The notes beneath the pieces are model-generated. The model was not told where the DNA came from, did not search any database, and worked only from the letters and a program-made list of their open reading frames with translations. A stretch of 62,055 bases of DNA, filler included, from Chiloscyllium plagiosum (lineage: Eukaryota), in the NCBI RefSeq assembly GCF_004010195.1. It is 4 parts of one record of this genome, joined end to end, with 100 filler letters (N's around TTAATTAATTAA, not from the genome) between each part and the next. Parts side by side here need not be neighbours in the genome. Positions count along the whole stretch, not along the records: positions 1 to 26,120 come from NC_057717.1; positions 26,221 to 45,398 come from NC_057717.1; 2 more parts are not named here. One strand, given 5' to 3'. Shown here one piece after another: positions 25,078-38,200 of this stretch. The translations under genes and the position numbers were made by a program. Numbering within the stretch: position 1 is the first letter of the stretch; every line of letters starts with the position of its first letter.

Positions 25078-26120
25078 CACGTGATAGAGATTCGAGGAAT
25101 CCACGTGATAGAGATTCGAGGAATCCACGTGATAGAGATTCGAGGAATAGGGAGAGAGAACAATTAAATGCGTGGCTTCAGGGATGGTGCAGGAGGGAGG
25201 GGTTCCAGTTTTTGGATAACTGGGGTTCTTTCTGGGGACGGTGGGACCTCTATAAACAGGATGGTCTACACCTGAACCTGAGGGGAACCAGTATCCTTGG
25301 GGGGAGGTTTGCTAGTGCTCTTGGGGGGGGTTTAAACTAACTCGGCAGGGGCATGGGAACCCAGATTGTAGCTTCAGGGTGCAGGGCCTGGAGTGTAGGG
25401 AGGTGAGGAACATGGCATCAATGTCCAAGGAGGGTGCCTGTAAACAGGGAAGTGGCTTGAAGTGTGTATACTTCAATGCAAGAAGTATACGAAATAAGGT
25501 AGGTGAACTTGCAGCGTTGGTTGGTACCTGGGACTTCGATGTTGTGGCTATTACGGAGACATGGCTAGAACAGGGACAGGATGGGCGGTTGCAGGTTCCG
25601 GGATTTAAATGTTGTAGTAGGGTCAGAGGTGGGGGTAAAAGAGGGGGAGGTGTGGCATTGCTTGTCAAAGATAGTATTACAGTGGTGGAAAGGACGATGG
25701 ATGAGGACTTGCCATCCGAGGTAGTTTGGGCTGAGGTTAGGAATAGGAAAGGTGAGCTCACCCTGTTAGGAGTTTTTTTACAGGCCTCCTAATAGTCCTA
25801 GAATCATTGAAGAAAGGATAGGGAAGGTGATTCAGGAGATGAGTGACAGTAATAGGGTGGTTGTTATGGGGGACTTTAACTTTCCTGATATTGATGGGGA
25901 AAGCTATAGCTCAAGTTCGTTAGATGGGTCAGTGTTTGTTCAATGTGTGCAGGAGAGTTTCCTGACACAATATGTAGACAGGCCAACAAGAGGTGAGGCC
26001 ATACTGGATTTGGTTCTGGGTAACGAACCAGGCCAGGTGTTAGAATTAGAGGTAGGTGAGCAATTTGGGGACAGTGACCACAGTTCGGTGACTTTTACTC
26101 CAGTGATGGAGAGGGATAAG
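25078..26120 (+). mobile_element. Young 5'-truncated CR1 (ORF1 esterase end plus ORF2 endonuclease), running into a gap
   Basis: QLNAWLQGWCRREGFQFLDNW...DGLHLN; LKCVYFNARSIRNK...VAITETWL...GGGVALLV; VVMGDFNFP; GDSDH. Confidence 0.92.
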
Positions 26121-26220
26121 NNNNNNNNNNNNNNNNNNNNNNNNNNNNNNNNNNNNNNNNNNNNTTAATTAATTAANNNNNNNNNNNNNNNNNNNNNNNN
26201 NNNNNNNNNNNNNNNNNNNN

Positions 26221-29200
26221 TGGTATGCCCCATATGGTGTCCCATGGACAGGGGTCTATGTGTTTGACTGTTATTCACTTCCCGGTGTGTCCCATGTGGT
26301 ACTCCATGGACGGGTGTGTGTGTGTTGGGCTGTTGATCACTGCTTGGTATGCCCCATATGGTGTCCCATGGACAGGGGTCTATGTGTTTGACTGTTATTC
26401 ACTTCCCGGTGTGTCCCATGTGGGTATCCATGGATAAGGGTGCATGAGTGCTGGGCTGTTGTTCACTTCCCGGTGTGCCCCATGTGGTGCTCCATGGACC
26501 GGGGTGCGTGTATCTGGCTGTTGTTCACTTCCCGGTGTACCCATGTGGTGCTCCATGGATAGGGATGTAATTGTTTGACTGTTGTTCACTTCACGGTGTT
26601 TCCCTTGTTGTACTCCATGGACAGGGCTGTGTGTGTTTTGGGCTGTTGATCATGCCTGGTATGCCCCTTATGGTGTCCCATGGACAGCGGGGTATGTGCT
26701 TGGCTGTTGTTCACTTCCCGGTGTGTGGCATGTGGCTATCCATGGATTAGGGTGTGTGAGTGCTGTGCTGTTGTTCATTTCCCGGTTAACCCCGTGTGGT
26801 GCTCCATGGACAGGGATGTTTTTGTTAGACTGTTGTTTACTTCGCGGTGATTCCCATGTTGTACTCCATGGACAGGGTTGTGTGTTGGATTGATGTTCAC
26901 TTCCCGGTGTGTCCCATGTGGTACTCCATGGACGGGTGTGTGTGTGTTGGGCTGTTGATCACTGCCTGGTATGCCCCATATGGTGTCCCATGGACAGGGG
27001 TCTATGTGTTTGACTGTTATTCACTTCCCGGTGTGTCCCATGTGGTACTCCATGGACGGGTGTGTGTGTGTTGGGCTGTTGATCACTGCCTGGTATGCCC
27101 CATATGGTGTCCCATGGACAGGGGTCTATGTGTTTGACTGTTATTCACTTCCCGGTGTGTCCCATGTGGTACTCCATGGACGGGTGTGTGTGTGTTGGGC
27201 TGTTGATCACTGCCTGGTATGCCCCATATGGTGTCCCATGGACAGGGGTCTATGTGTTTGACTGTTATTCACTTCCCGGTGTGTCCCATGTGGTACTCCA
27301 TGGACGGGTGTGTGTGTGTTGGGCTGTTGATCACTGCCTGGTATGCCCCATATGGTGTCCCATGGACAGGGGTCTATGTGTTTGACTGTTATTCACTTCC
27401 CGGTGTGTCCCATGTGGTACTCCATGGACGGGTGTGTGTGTGTTGGGCTGTTGATCACTGCCTGGTATGCCCCATATGGTGTCCCATGGACAGGGGTCTA
27501 TGTGTTTGACTGTTATTCACTTCCCGGTGTGTCCCATGTGGTGCTCCATGGACAGGGATGTTTTTGTTAGACTGTTGTTTACTTCGCGGTGATTCCCATG
27601 TTGTACTCCATGGACAGGGTTGTGTGTTGGATTGATGTTCACTTCCCGGTGTGTCCCATGTGGTACTCCATGGACGGGTGTGTGTGTGTTGGGCTGTTGA
27701 TCACTGCCTGGTATGCCCATATGGTGTCCCATGGACAGGGGTCTATGTGTTTGACTGTTATTCACTTCCCGGTGTGTCCCATGTGGTACTCCATGGACAG
27801 GAGTGTGTGTGTGCTGGGCTAGTGTTCACTTCATGGTATGCCCCATGTGGTGCTCCATGGACAGGGGTCTATGTGTTTGACTGTTATTCACTTCCCGGTG
27901 TGTCCCATGTGGTACTCCATGGACAGGAGTGTGTGTGCGCTGGGCTAGTGTTCACTTCATGGTATGCCCCATGTGGTGCTCCATGGACAGTGGTGTGTGT
28001 GTCGGGCTGTTGTTCACGTACCGGTGTGTCCCATGTGATTATCCATTGACAGAGAATACGTGCTTGACTGTTGTTCACTCCCTAATGTGTTCCATGTGGT
28101 GATCCATGGACTGTGGTGAGTGTGTCGTGCTGTTGTTCACTTCCTGGAGTATCCCATGTTGTACTCCATGGGCAGGGGTGTGTGTTGCATTGTTGTTCAC
28201 TTCCCTTTGTGTCTCATGTGGTTATCCATTGACAGGGGAGTGTGTGTCGGTCTGTTTTCCATTTCCCGATGTGACCCATGTGGTGATCCATGGACAGGGG
28301 TGCATGTGTTTGACTGTTGTTCACTTCCCAGTGTGTTCCATGTGGTGATCCATGGTCAAGGGTGTATGCGTTTGACTGTTGTTCATTTCCCGGTGTGTCA
28401 CATGTGGTACTCCATGGACTGTGGTGAGTGTGTCGTGCTGTTGTTCACTTCCTGGTGTATCCCATGTTGTACTCCATGGGCAGGGATGAGTGTTGCATTG
28501 TTGTTCACTTCCCTTTGTGTCTCATGTGGTTATCCATTGACAGGGGAGTGTGTGTCTGTCTGTTTTTCATTTCCCGGTGTGACCCATGTGGTGCTCCATG
28601 GACAGGGGTGTATGCGTCGGGCTGCTGTTCACTTCGCAGTGTGTCCCATGTGGTACTCCATGGACAGGAGTGCATGTGTTTCACTATTGTTCACTTGCCG
28701 GTGTGTCCCTTGTGGTGCCTTATGGACAGGGATGTTCGGGTTTCCAGCTGTTGTTCATTTCCCGGTGTGCCCCATGTGGTTCTCCATGGACACGAGTGTA
28801 TGTGTTGCATTGTTGTTCACTTCCCTGTGTGTCCCATGTGGTTATCCATTGACAAGGGAGTGCGTGTCGGGCTGTTGTTCACTTCCCGGTGTGATCGATG
28901 CGGTACTCCATGGACAGGGGTGTATGTGTTTGACTGTTGTTCACTTCCCGGTGTGTCCCATGTGGTGCTCCATGGACCGGGGTGCGTGTGTCGGGCTGCT
29001 GTTCACTTCCCGGTGTGCCCCATGTGGTAATCCATGGACAGGAGTGTGTGTTTGCTGGGCTATTGTTCACTTCATGGTGTGCCCCGTGTGGTGCTCCATG
29101 GACAAGGGTGTGTGTGTCGGGCCGTTGTTCATTTTCAGGTGTGCTCCATGTGGTGCTCCATGGACAGGGCTGTATGTGTTTGACTGATGTTCACTTACCA

Positions 29201-32200
29201 GTGTGTCCCATGTGCTGCTGCCTGGACAGGGGTGTGTGTTCTGAGCTGCTGTTCGCTTCCTGGTGTGTCCCATATGGAACCTCATGAGGACGGGAATGTG
29301 TTTGGCTGCAGTTCACTAACTGGGGTGCCCCATGTGGTGCTCCATGAACAGGGGATATGTGTTTGACTGTTGTTCACTTCCCGGTGTGTCACATGTGGTA
29401 CTGCATTTACAGTGGTGTGTGTGTCGGGCTGTTATTCACTTCCCGGTGTATCCCACGTGGCACTCCATGGACAGGGGTGTATGTGTTTGACTGTTGTTCT
29501 CTTCCTGGTGTATTCCATGTTGTACCCCGTGGGCAGGAGTGTGTGTTGCAGTGTTGTTCACTTGCCGGGGTGTCACATGTGGTTGTGCATTGACAGGGGA
29601 GTGTGTGTCGGCCTGTTTTCATTTCTTGGTGTGACCCATGTGGTGGTCCATGGGCAGAGGTGTTTGTCTTCGTCTGTTGTTCACTTCCCCGTGTGTCCCA
29701 TGTGGTACTCCATTGACAGGAGTGTATGTGTTTTACTGTTGTTCATTTACCGGTGTGTCCCATGTGGTGGTCCATGGACAGGGGTGTATGTGATTGGCTC
29801 TTGTTCTCTTCGCGGGTGGTCCCATGTTGTAAGCCATGGACAGGGGTGTACGTGTTTGGCTGTTGTTCACTTCCCGGTGTGTCCCATGTGGTTATCCATG
29901 AATAAGGGTGTGTGAATGCTGGGTGTTGTTCACTTCCCGGTGTGTCCCACGTGGTGCTCCATGGACAGAGGTGCGTGTATCGGGCTGGTGTTCACCTTCC
30001 GGTGTATCCCATGTGGTGCTCCGTGGACAGGGATGTATTTGTTTGACTGTTGTTCACTTCGCGGTGTTTCCCTTGTTGTACTCCATCGACAGGGCTGTGT
30101 GTGTCTTGGGCAGTTGATCACCGCCTGGTATGCCCCATATGGTGTCCCATATGTTTGACTGTTGTTCACTTCCCGGTGTGTGGCATGTGGCAATCCACGC
30201 ACAGGAGTGTGTGTTTGCTGGGCTATTGTTCACTTCATGTTGTGACCCATGTGATGCTCCATGGACAGGGTTGTATGTGTTTGACTGACGTTCACTTCCC
30301 GGTGTGTCCCATGTGCTGCTGCCTGGACAGGGGTGTGTGTGCTGGGCTGCTGTTCACTTCCTGGTGTGTCCCATATGGAGCCCCATGGGTACGGGAATGT
30401 GTTTGGCTGCAGTTCACTTACTGGGATGCCCCATGTGGTGCTTCCATGGACAGGGGATACGTGTTTGACTCTTGTTCACTTCCCGGCATGTCTCATGTGG
30501 TACTCCATGGACAGTGGTGTGTGTGTCGGGCTATTGTTCACTTCCCAGTGTGTCCCATTTGGCACTCCATGGACTGGGGTGTATGTGTTTGACTGTTGTT
30601 CACTTCCTGGTGTATCCCAGGTTGTACTCCATGGGCAGAGGTGTGTGTTGCATTGTTGTTCACTTGCCGGTGTGTCCCATGTGGTTATCCATTGACAGGG
30701 GAGTGTGTGTCGGTTTGTTTTTCGTTTCCCGGTGTGACCCATGTGGTGGTCCATGGCCAGGGGAGTATGTGTTCGACTGTTGTTCAATTCCCGGTGTGTC
30801 CCATGTGGTTCTCCATGGACAGGAGTGTATGTGTTTTACTGTTGTTCACTTCCCGGTGTGTCCCTTCTGGTGCTCCATGGAAAGGGGTGTATGTGATTGA
30901 CTCTTGTTCTCTTCGCGGGTGGTCTCATGTTGAACTCCATGGACAGGGATGCATGTGTTTGACCGTTGTTCACTTCCCGGTGTATCCCATGTGGCACTCC
31001 ATGTACATTGGTGTATGTGTTTTGCTGTTGTTCACTTCTCGTTGTGTCTCATGTGGTGCTCTATGGATAGGAGTGTGTGTGTTTGACTGTTGTTCACTTC
31101 CCGGTGTGTCCCATGTTGTACTCCATGGACAGGGGTATTTGTGTTTGACAGTTATTCACTTCGCGGTGTGTACTGTGTGGTGCTCTATGGACAGTGGTAT
31201 ATATGTTTGACAGTTGTTCACTTCCCTGGTGCTCCCTTGTGGTACTCCATGGTCACGGGTGCATGTGTCTGATTGTTGTTCACTTCCTGGTGTGTCCCTT
31301 GTGATTCTCTATGGACAGGGGTGTGTGAGTGCTGGGCTGTTGTTCACTTCGCGTTGTGTCCCATGTGGCACTCCATGGACAGGGGTGTATGTGTTTGACT
31401 GTTGTTAACTTCCCGGTGTGTCACATGTGGTACTCCATGGACAGTGATGTATGTATCAGGCTGTTGTTGACTTCCCGGTGTGTCACATGCCGTACTCCAT
31501 GGACAGGGGTGTGTGTGTCGTGCTGTTGTTCATTTCCCTGTGTTTCCTATGTGGCACTCCATGGACAGGGGTGTATGTGTTTGACTGTTGTTCACTTCCT
31601 GGTGTATCCCATGTTGTACTCCATGGGCAGGGGTGTGTGTTGCATTGTTGTTCACTTGCCGGTGTGTACCATGTGGTTATCCATTGACAGGGGAGTGTTT
31701 GTCAGTCTGTTTTTCATTTCCCGGTGTGACTCATGTGGTGGTCCATGGACAGGAATGTATGTGTTCAACTGTTGTTCACTTCCTGGTGTGTCCCATGTGT
31801 TGCTCCATGGACAGGGTTGTATGCGTTTGACCGTTGTTCACTTCCCAGTGTGTCCCATCTGGTGCTCCATGGACAGGTGTGTAAGTATTCGAGTGTTGTT
31901 CACTTCCCGGTTAACTTCCCGGTGTGTCACATGTGGTACTCCATGGACAGTGATGTATGTATCAGGCTGTTGTTGACTTCCCGGTGTGTCACATGCCGTA
32001 CTCCATGGACAGGGGTGTGTGTGTCGTGCTGTTGTTCATTTCCCTGTGTTTCCTATGTGGCACTCCATGGACAGGGGTGTATGTGTTTGACTGTTGTTCA
32101 CTTCCTGGTGTATCCCATGTTGTACTCCATGGGCAGGGGTGTGTGTTGCATTGTTGTTCACTTGCCGGTGTGTCCCATGTGGTTATCCATTGACAGGGGA

Positions 32201-35200
32201 GTGTTTGTCAGTCTGTTTTTCATTTCCCGGTGTGACTCATGTGGTGGTCCATGGACAGGGATGTATGTGTTCAACTGTTGTTCACTTCCTGGTGTGTCCC
32301 ATGTGTTGCTCCATGGACAGGGCTGTATGCGTTTGACCGTTGTTCACTTCCCAGTGTGTCCCATCTGGTGCTCCATGGACAGGTGTGTAAGTATTCGAGT
32401 GTTGTTCACTTCCCGGTGCGTCCCATGTGGTACTACATGGAGAGGGGTGTGTGTGTTTGACTGTTGTTCACTTCCCGGTGTGTCCCTTGTGGTGCTTTAT
32501 GGACAGGGGTGTATGTGTTTGATTGTTGTTCAACTCCCAGTGTGTCCCATGTGGTACTCCATGGCCATGGAAGTGTGTGTCGGGCTGACTTCACTTCCCG
32601 GTATGATCGATGTGCTGCTCCATGGACAAGGGAGTATGTGTTTGACTGTTGTTCACTATCCGGTGTGTCCCATGTGGTGCTCCATGGACCGGGGTGCGTG
32701 TGTCGGGCTGTTGTTCACTTCCCGGTGTGCCCCATGTGGTAATCCATGGACCGGAGTATGTGTTTGCTGGGCTATTGTTCACTTCATGGTGTGTCCCATG
32801 TGGTGCTACATGGACAGGGGTGCGTTTGTCGGGCTGTTGTTCACTTCACGGTGTGCTGCAAGTGGTGTTCCATGGACAGGGTTCTATTTGTTTGACTGTT
32901 GTTTACTTCGCAGTGTTTCCCATGTTGTACTCCATGGACAGGGCTGTGTGTGTGTCGGGCTACTGTTCACTTCCCGGAATGCCCCATGTGGTAATCCATG
33001 GACAGGAGTTTGCTGGGCTTTTGTTCACTTAAAGTGTGCCCCATGTGGTGCTTCATGGACAGGGGTACGTGTGTGCTGCGCTGTTGTTCTCTTCCCGGTG
33101 TGCTCCATGTGGTGCTCCATGGACAGGGTTGTATGTGTTTGACTGATGTTCACTTCCCGGTGTGTCCCATGTGCTGCTGCCTGGACAGGGGTGTGTGTGC
33201 TGCGCTGCTGTTCACTTCCTAGTGTGTCCCATATGGAACCCCATGGGGACGGGAATGTGTTTGGCTGCAGTTCACTAACTGGGGTGCCCCATGTGGTGCT
33301 CCATTAACAGGGGATACGTGTTTGACTCTTGTTCACTTCCCGGCATGTCGCATGTGGTACTCCATGGACAGTGGTGTGTCTGTCGGGCTGTTGTTCACTT
33401 CCCGGTGTGTCACATGTGGTGATCCATGGACAGGGGTGTATGTGTTTGACTGTTGTTCACTTCGCTGTGTGTGTCATATGTGGTACTCCATGGACAGTGG
33501 TGTGTGTGTGTCAGGCTGTTGTTCATTCCCGGTGTGTCCCATGTGGTTATCCATGGACAGGAGTGTGTGTGTGCTGGGCTACTGTTAACTTCCTGGTGTG
33601 CCCCATGTGGTGCTTCTTGGACAGGAGTGTATGTGTTTTACTGTTGTGTTTGACTGTTGTTCACTTCCCGGTGTGTCCCATGTGGTAATCCATGGACAGG
33701 AGTGTGTGTGTACTGGGCTACTGTTCACTTCATGGTGTGCCCCATGTGGTGCTCCATGGACGGATGTGTGTGTGTGTCGGGCTGTTGTTCACTTCCCGGT
33801 GTGCCCCATGTAGTGCTCCATGGACAGGGGTGCGTGTGTCGGGCATTTGTTCACTTCACGGTGTGCTTCATGTGGTGCTCCATGGACAGGGATGTATTTG
33901 TTTGACTGGTGTTCACTTCGCGGTGTTTCCCATGTTGTACTCCATGGACAGGGCTGTGTGTGTGTTGTGCTGTTGATCACTGCCTGGTGTGCCCCATATG
34001 GTGTCCCATGGACAGGGGTGAATATGTTTGACTGTTGTTCTCTTCCCGGTGTGTCCCATGTGGTAATCCATGGACAGGGCTGCGTGCATCGGGCCGCTGT
34101 TCACTTCCATGTGTGTCCCATGTGGTTCTCCATGGATGGGGTGTGTGTGTCGGGCTGTTGTTCACTTCCCGGTGTGNNNNNNNNNNNNNNNNNNNNNNNN
34201 NNNNNNNNNNNNNNNNNNNNNNNNNNNNNNNNNNNNNNNNNNNNNNNNNNNNNNNNNNNNNNNNNNNNNNNNNNNNNNNNNNNNNNNNNNNNNNNNNNNN
34301 NNNNNNNNNNNNNNNNNNNNNNNNNNNNNNNNNNNNNNNNNNNNNNNNNNNNNNNNNNNNNNNNNNNNNNNNNNNNNNNNNNNNNNNNNNNNNNNNNNNN
34401 NNNNNNNNNNNNNNNNNNNNNNNNNNNNNNNNNNNNNNNNNNNNNNNNNNNNNNNNNNNNNNNNNNNNNNNNNNNNNNNNNNNNNNNNNNNNNNNNNNNN
34501 NNNNNNNNNNNNNNNNNNNNNNNNNNNNNNNNNNNNNNNNNNNNNNNNNNNNNNNNNNNNNNNNNNNNNNNNNNNNNNNNNNNNNNNNNNNNNNNNNNNN
34601 NNNNNNNNNNNNNNNNNNNNNNNNNNNNNNNNNNNNNNNNNNNNNNNNNNNNNNNNNNNNNNNNNNNNNNNNNNNNNNNNNNNNNNNNNGTTGGATTGTT
34701 GTTCACTTCCTGGTGTGTCCCATGAGGTACTCCATGGACAGAGGTGTGTGTGTATTGGGCTGTTGTTCACTTCCCAGTGTGGCCCATGTGGTACCCCATG
34801 GACAGGGGTGTATGTGGTTGACTGTTGTTCACTTCCCGGTGTATCCCATGTTGTATTCCATGGACAGGACTGTGTATTGGACTGTTGTTTACTTCCCCGT
34901 GTGTCCCATGTGGTTCTCCATGGACGGGGTGCGTGTGTGTCGGGCTGTTGTTCACTTCTTGGTGTGCCCCATATGGTGCTCCATGAACAGAGTTGCATGT
35001 GTTTGACAGTTGATCACTTCCCGGTGTTCCCCATGTGGTGCTCCATGGGCAGGGGTGTATGTGTTTGACGGTTGTTCACTTCCTATTGTGTCCCATGTGG
35101 TACTCCATGGACAGCGGTGTTTGTGTCGGGCTGTTGTTCACATCCTGGTGTTCCCCATGTGGTGCTCCATGGACAGGCGTGTGTGAGTGCTGAGCTGTGG

Positions 35201-38200
35201 TTCATTTCCCAGTGTGCCTATGTGGTTCTCAATGGATAGGGCTTGTGTGTGTCGGGCTGTTGTTCACTTCCCGGTGTGCTCCATGTGGTGTTCCATGAAC
35301 AGGGTTGTATGTGTTACACTCTTGATCACATCCCGATGTGTCCCATGTGGTGATCCATGGACAGGGGTGTATGTGATTTACTGTTGTTCACTTACCGGTG
35401 TGTCCCATGTGGCACACCATGGCCAGTGGTGTATATGTTTGACTGTTGTTCACTTCCCGGTGTGTCCCATGTGGCACTCAATGGACAGGGGTGTATGTGT
35501 TTGACTGTTGTTCACTTCCTGGTGTATCCCATGTTGTACTCCAAGGGCAGGGGTGTGTGTTGCATTGTTGTTCACTTCCCAGTGTGTCCCATGTGGTTAT
35601 CCATTGACAGGGGAGTGTTTGTCAGTCTGTTTTTCATTTCCCGGTGTGACCCATGTGGTGGTCCATGGACAGGGGTGTATGTGTTCAACTGTTGTTCACT
35701 TCCTGGAGTGTCCCATGTATTGCTCCATGGACAGGGTTGTATGCGTTTGACCGTTGTTCACTTCCCAGTGTGTCCCATGTGGTACTCCATGGACAGGGGT
35801 GTGTGTGTCGTGCTGCTGTTCACTTCTCGGTTTGTCCCATGTGGTTCTCCATGGACAGGGGTGCATGTGTTTGACTGTTGTTCATTTCCCGGTGTGCCCC
35901 ATGTGGTGCTCCATGGACAGGAGTGCATGTGTTTGATTGTTGTTCAACTCCCAGTGCGTCCCGTGTTATACTCCATGGTCATGGAAGTGTGTGTCGGGCT
36001 GTTGATCACTTCCCGGTGTGATCGATGTGCTTCTTCATGGACAAGGGAGTATGTGTTTGACTGTTGTTCACTATCCGGTGTGTCCCATGTGGTGCTCCAT
36101 GGACCGGGGTGCGTGTGTCGGGCTGTTGTTCACTTCATAGTGTGCCCCATGTGGTACTCCATGGACAGGGGTGTGCGTGTATCGGGCAGTTGTTCACTTC
36201 ATAGTGTGCCCCATGTGGTACTCCATGGACAGGAGTGTGTGTTTGCTGGGCTATTGTTCACTTCATGGTGTGCCCCATGTGGTGCTCCATGGACAGGGGT
36301 GCGTGCGCCGGGCTGTCGTTCACTTCACGGTGTGCTGCATGTTGTACTCCATGGACAGGGCTGTGTGTGTGTCGGGCTGCTGTTCACTTCCCGGACTGCC
36401 CCATGTGGTACTCCAATGACAGGACTGTGTGTTGGATTGTTGTTCACTTCCTGGTGTGTCCCACTTCTCGGTTTGTCCCATGTGGTTCTCCATGGACAGG
36501 GGTGCATGTGTTTGACTGTTGTTCATTTCCCGGTGTGCCCCATGTGGTGTTCCATGGACAGGAGTGCATGTGTTTGATTGTTGTTCAACTCCCAGTGCGG
36601 GGTGTGGACAGGGGTGTGCGTGTATCGGGCAGTTGTTCACTTCATAGTGTGCCCCATGTGGTACTCCATGGACAGGAGTGTGTGTTTGCTGGGCTATTGT
36701 TCACTTCATGGTGTGCCCCATGTGGTGCTCCATGAACAGGGGTGCGTGCGCCGGGCTGTCGTTCACTTCACGGTGTGCTGCATGTGGTGCTCCATGGACA
36801 GGGTTCGATTTGTTTGACTGTTATTTACTTCGCGGTGTTTCCCATGTTGTACTCCATGGACAGGGCTGTGTGTGTGTCGGGCTGCTGTTCACTTCCCGGA
36901 GTGCCCCATGTGGTACTCCAATGACAGGACTGTGTGTTGGATTGTTGTTCACTTCCTGGTGTGTCCCATGAGGTACTCCATGGACAGAGGTGTGTGTGTG
37001 TCGGGCTGTTGTTCACTTCCCAGTGTTGCCCATGTGGTACCCCATGGACAGGGGTGTATGTGGTTGACTGTTGTTCACTTCCAGATGTATCCCATGTTGT
37101 ACTCCATGGACAGGGCTGTGTGTTGGACTGTTGTTTACTTCCCGGTGTGTCCCATGTGGTTCTCCATGGACGGGGTGCGTGTGTGTTGGGCTGTTGTTCA
37201 CTTCCCGGTGTGCTCCATTTGGTTCTCCATGGGCAGGGGTGTAGTTGTTTCACTGTTGTTCACTTCCCGGTGTGTCCCATATGGTAATCCATGGACAGGA
37301 GTGTGTGTGTGCTGGGCTATTGTTCACTTCATGGAGTGCCCCATGTCGTGCTCCATGGACAGGGGTGTATGTGTCGGGCTGTTGTTCACTTCCCGGGTGT
37401 CCCATGTGGTGATCCATGAACTGGGTGTATGTGTTTGGCTGGTGTTCACTTCGCGGTGTGTCCCATGTCGTTCTCCACGGACAGGGGTGTGAGTGCTGGA
37501 TTGTTGTTCAATTCCCGGTGTTCCCTATGTGTTGCTCCATGGACAGGGGTGTGTGTGTCGGGATGTCGTTCACTTCCCAGTATGACCCATGTGGTGCTCC
37601 ATGGACAGGGGTGTATGTGTNNNNNNNNNNNNNNNNNNNNNNNNNNNNNNNNNNNNNNNNNNNNNNNNNNNNNNNNNNNNNNNNNNNNNNNNNNNNNNNN
37701 NNNNNNNNNNNNNNNNNNNNNNNNNNNNNNNNNNNNNNNNNNNNNNNNNNNNNNNNNNNNNNNNNNNNNNNNNNNNNNNNNNNNNNNNNNNNNNNNNNNN
37801 NNNNNNNNNNNNNNNNNNNNNNNNNNNNNNNNNNNNNNNNNNNNNNNNNNNNNNNNNNNNNNNNNNNNNNNNNNNNNNNNNNNNNNNNNNNNNNNNNNNN
37901 NNNNNNNNNNNNNNNNNNNNNNNNNNNNNNNNNNNNNNNNNNNNNNNNNNNNNNNNNNNNNNNNNNNNNNNNNNNNNNNNNNNNNNNNNNNNNNNNNNNN
38001 NNNNNNNNNNNNNNNNNTGTTTGACTGTTGTTCACTTCCTGGTGTGTCCCATATGATACTCTATGGACAGGGTTGTGTGTGTCAGGCTGTTGGTCACTTC
38101 CTGGTGTGCCCTATGTGGTGCTCCATGGAGAGGGTTGTATTTGTTTGGCTGCTGTTCGCTTCCCGTTGTGTCCCATGTGGTGCTCTCTGGACATATATGT

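Noticed and set aside
26165..26176. ttaattaattaa inside N runs (also at 45443 and 57557)
   Set aside because: The identical motif embedded in three gaps is an artificial scaffold spacer, not biology.
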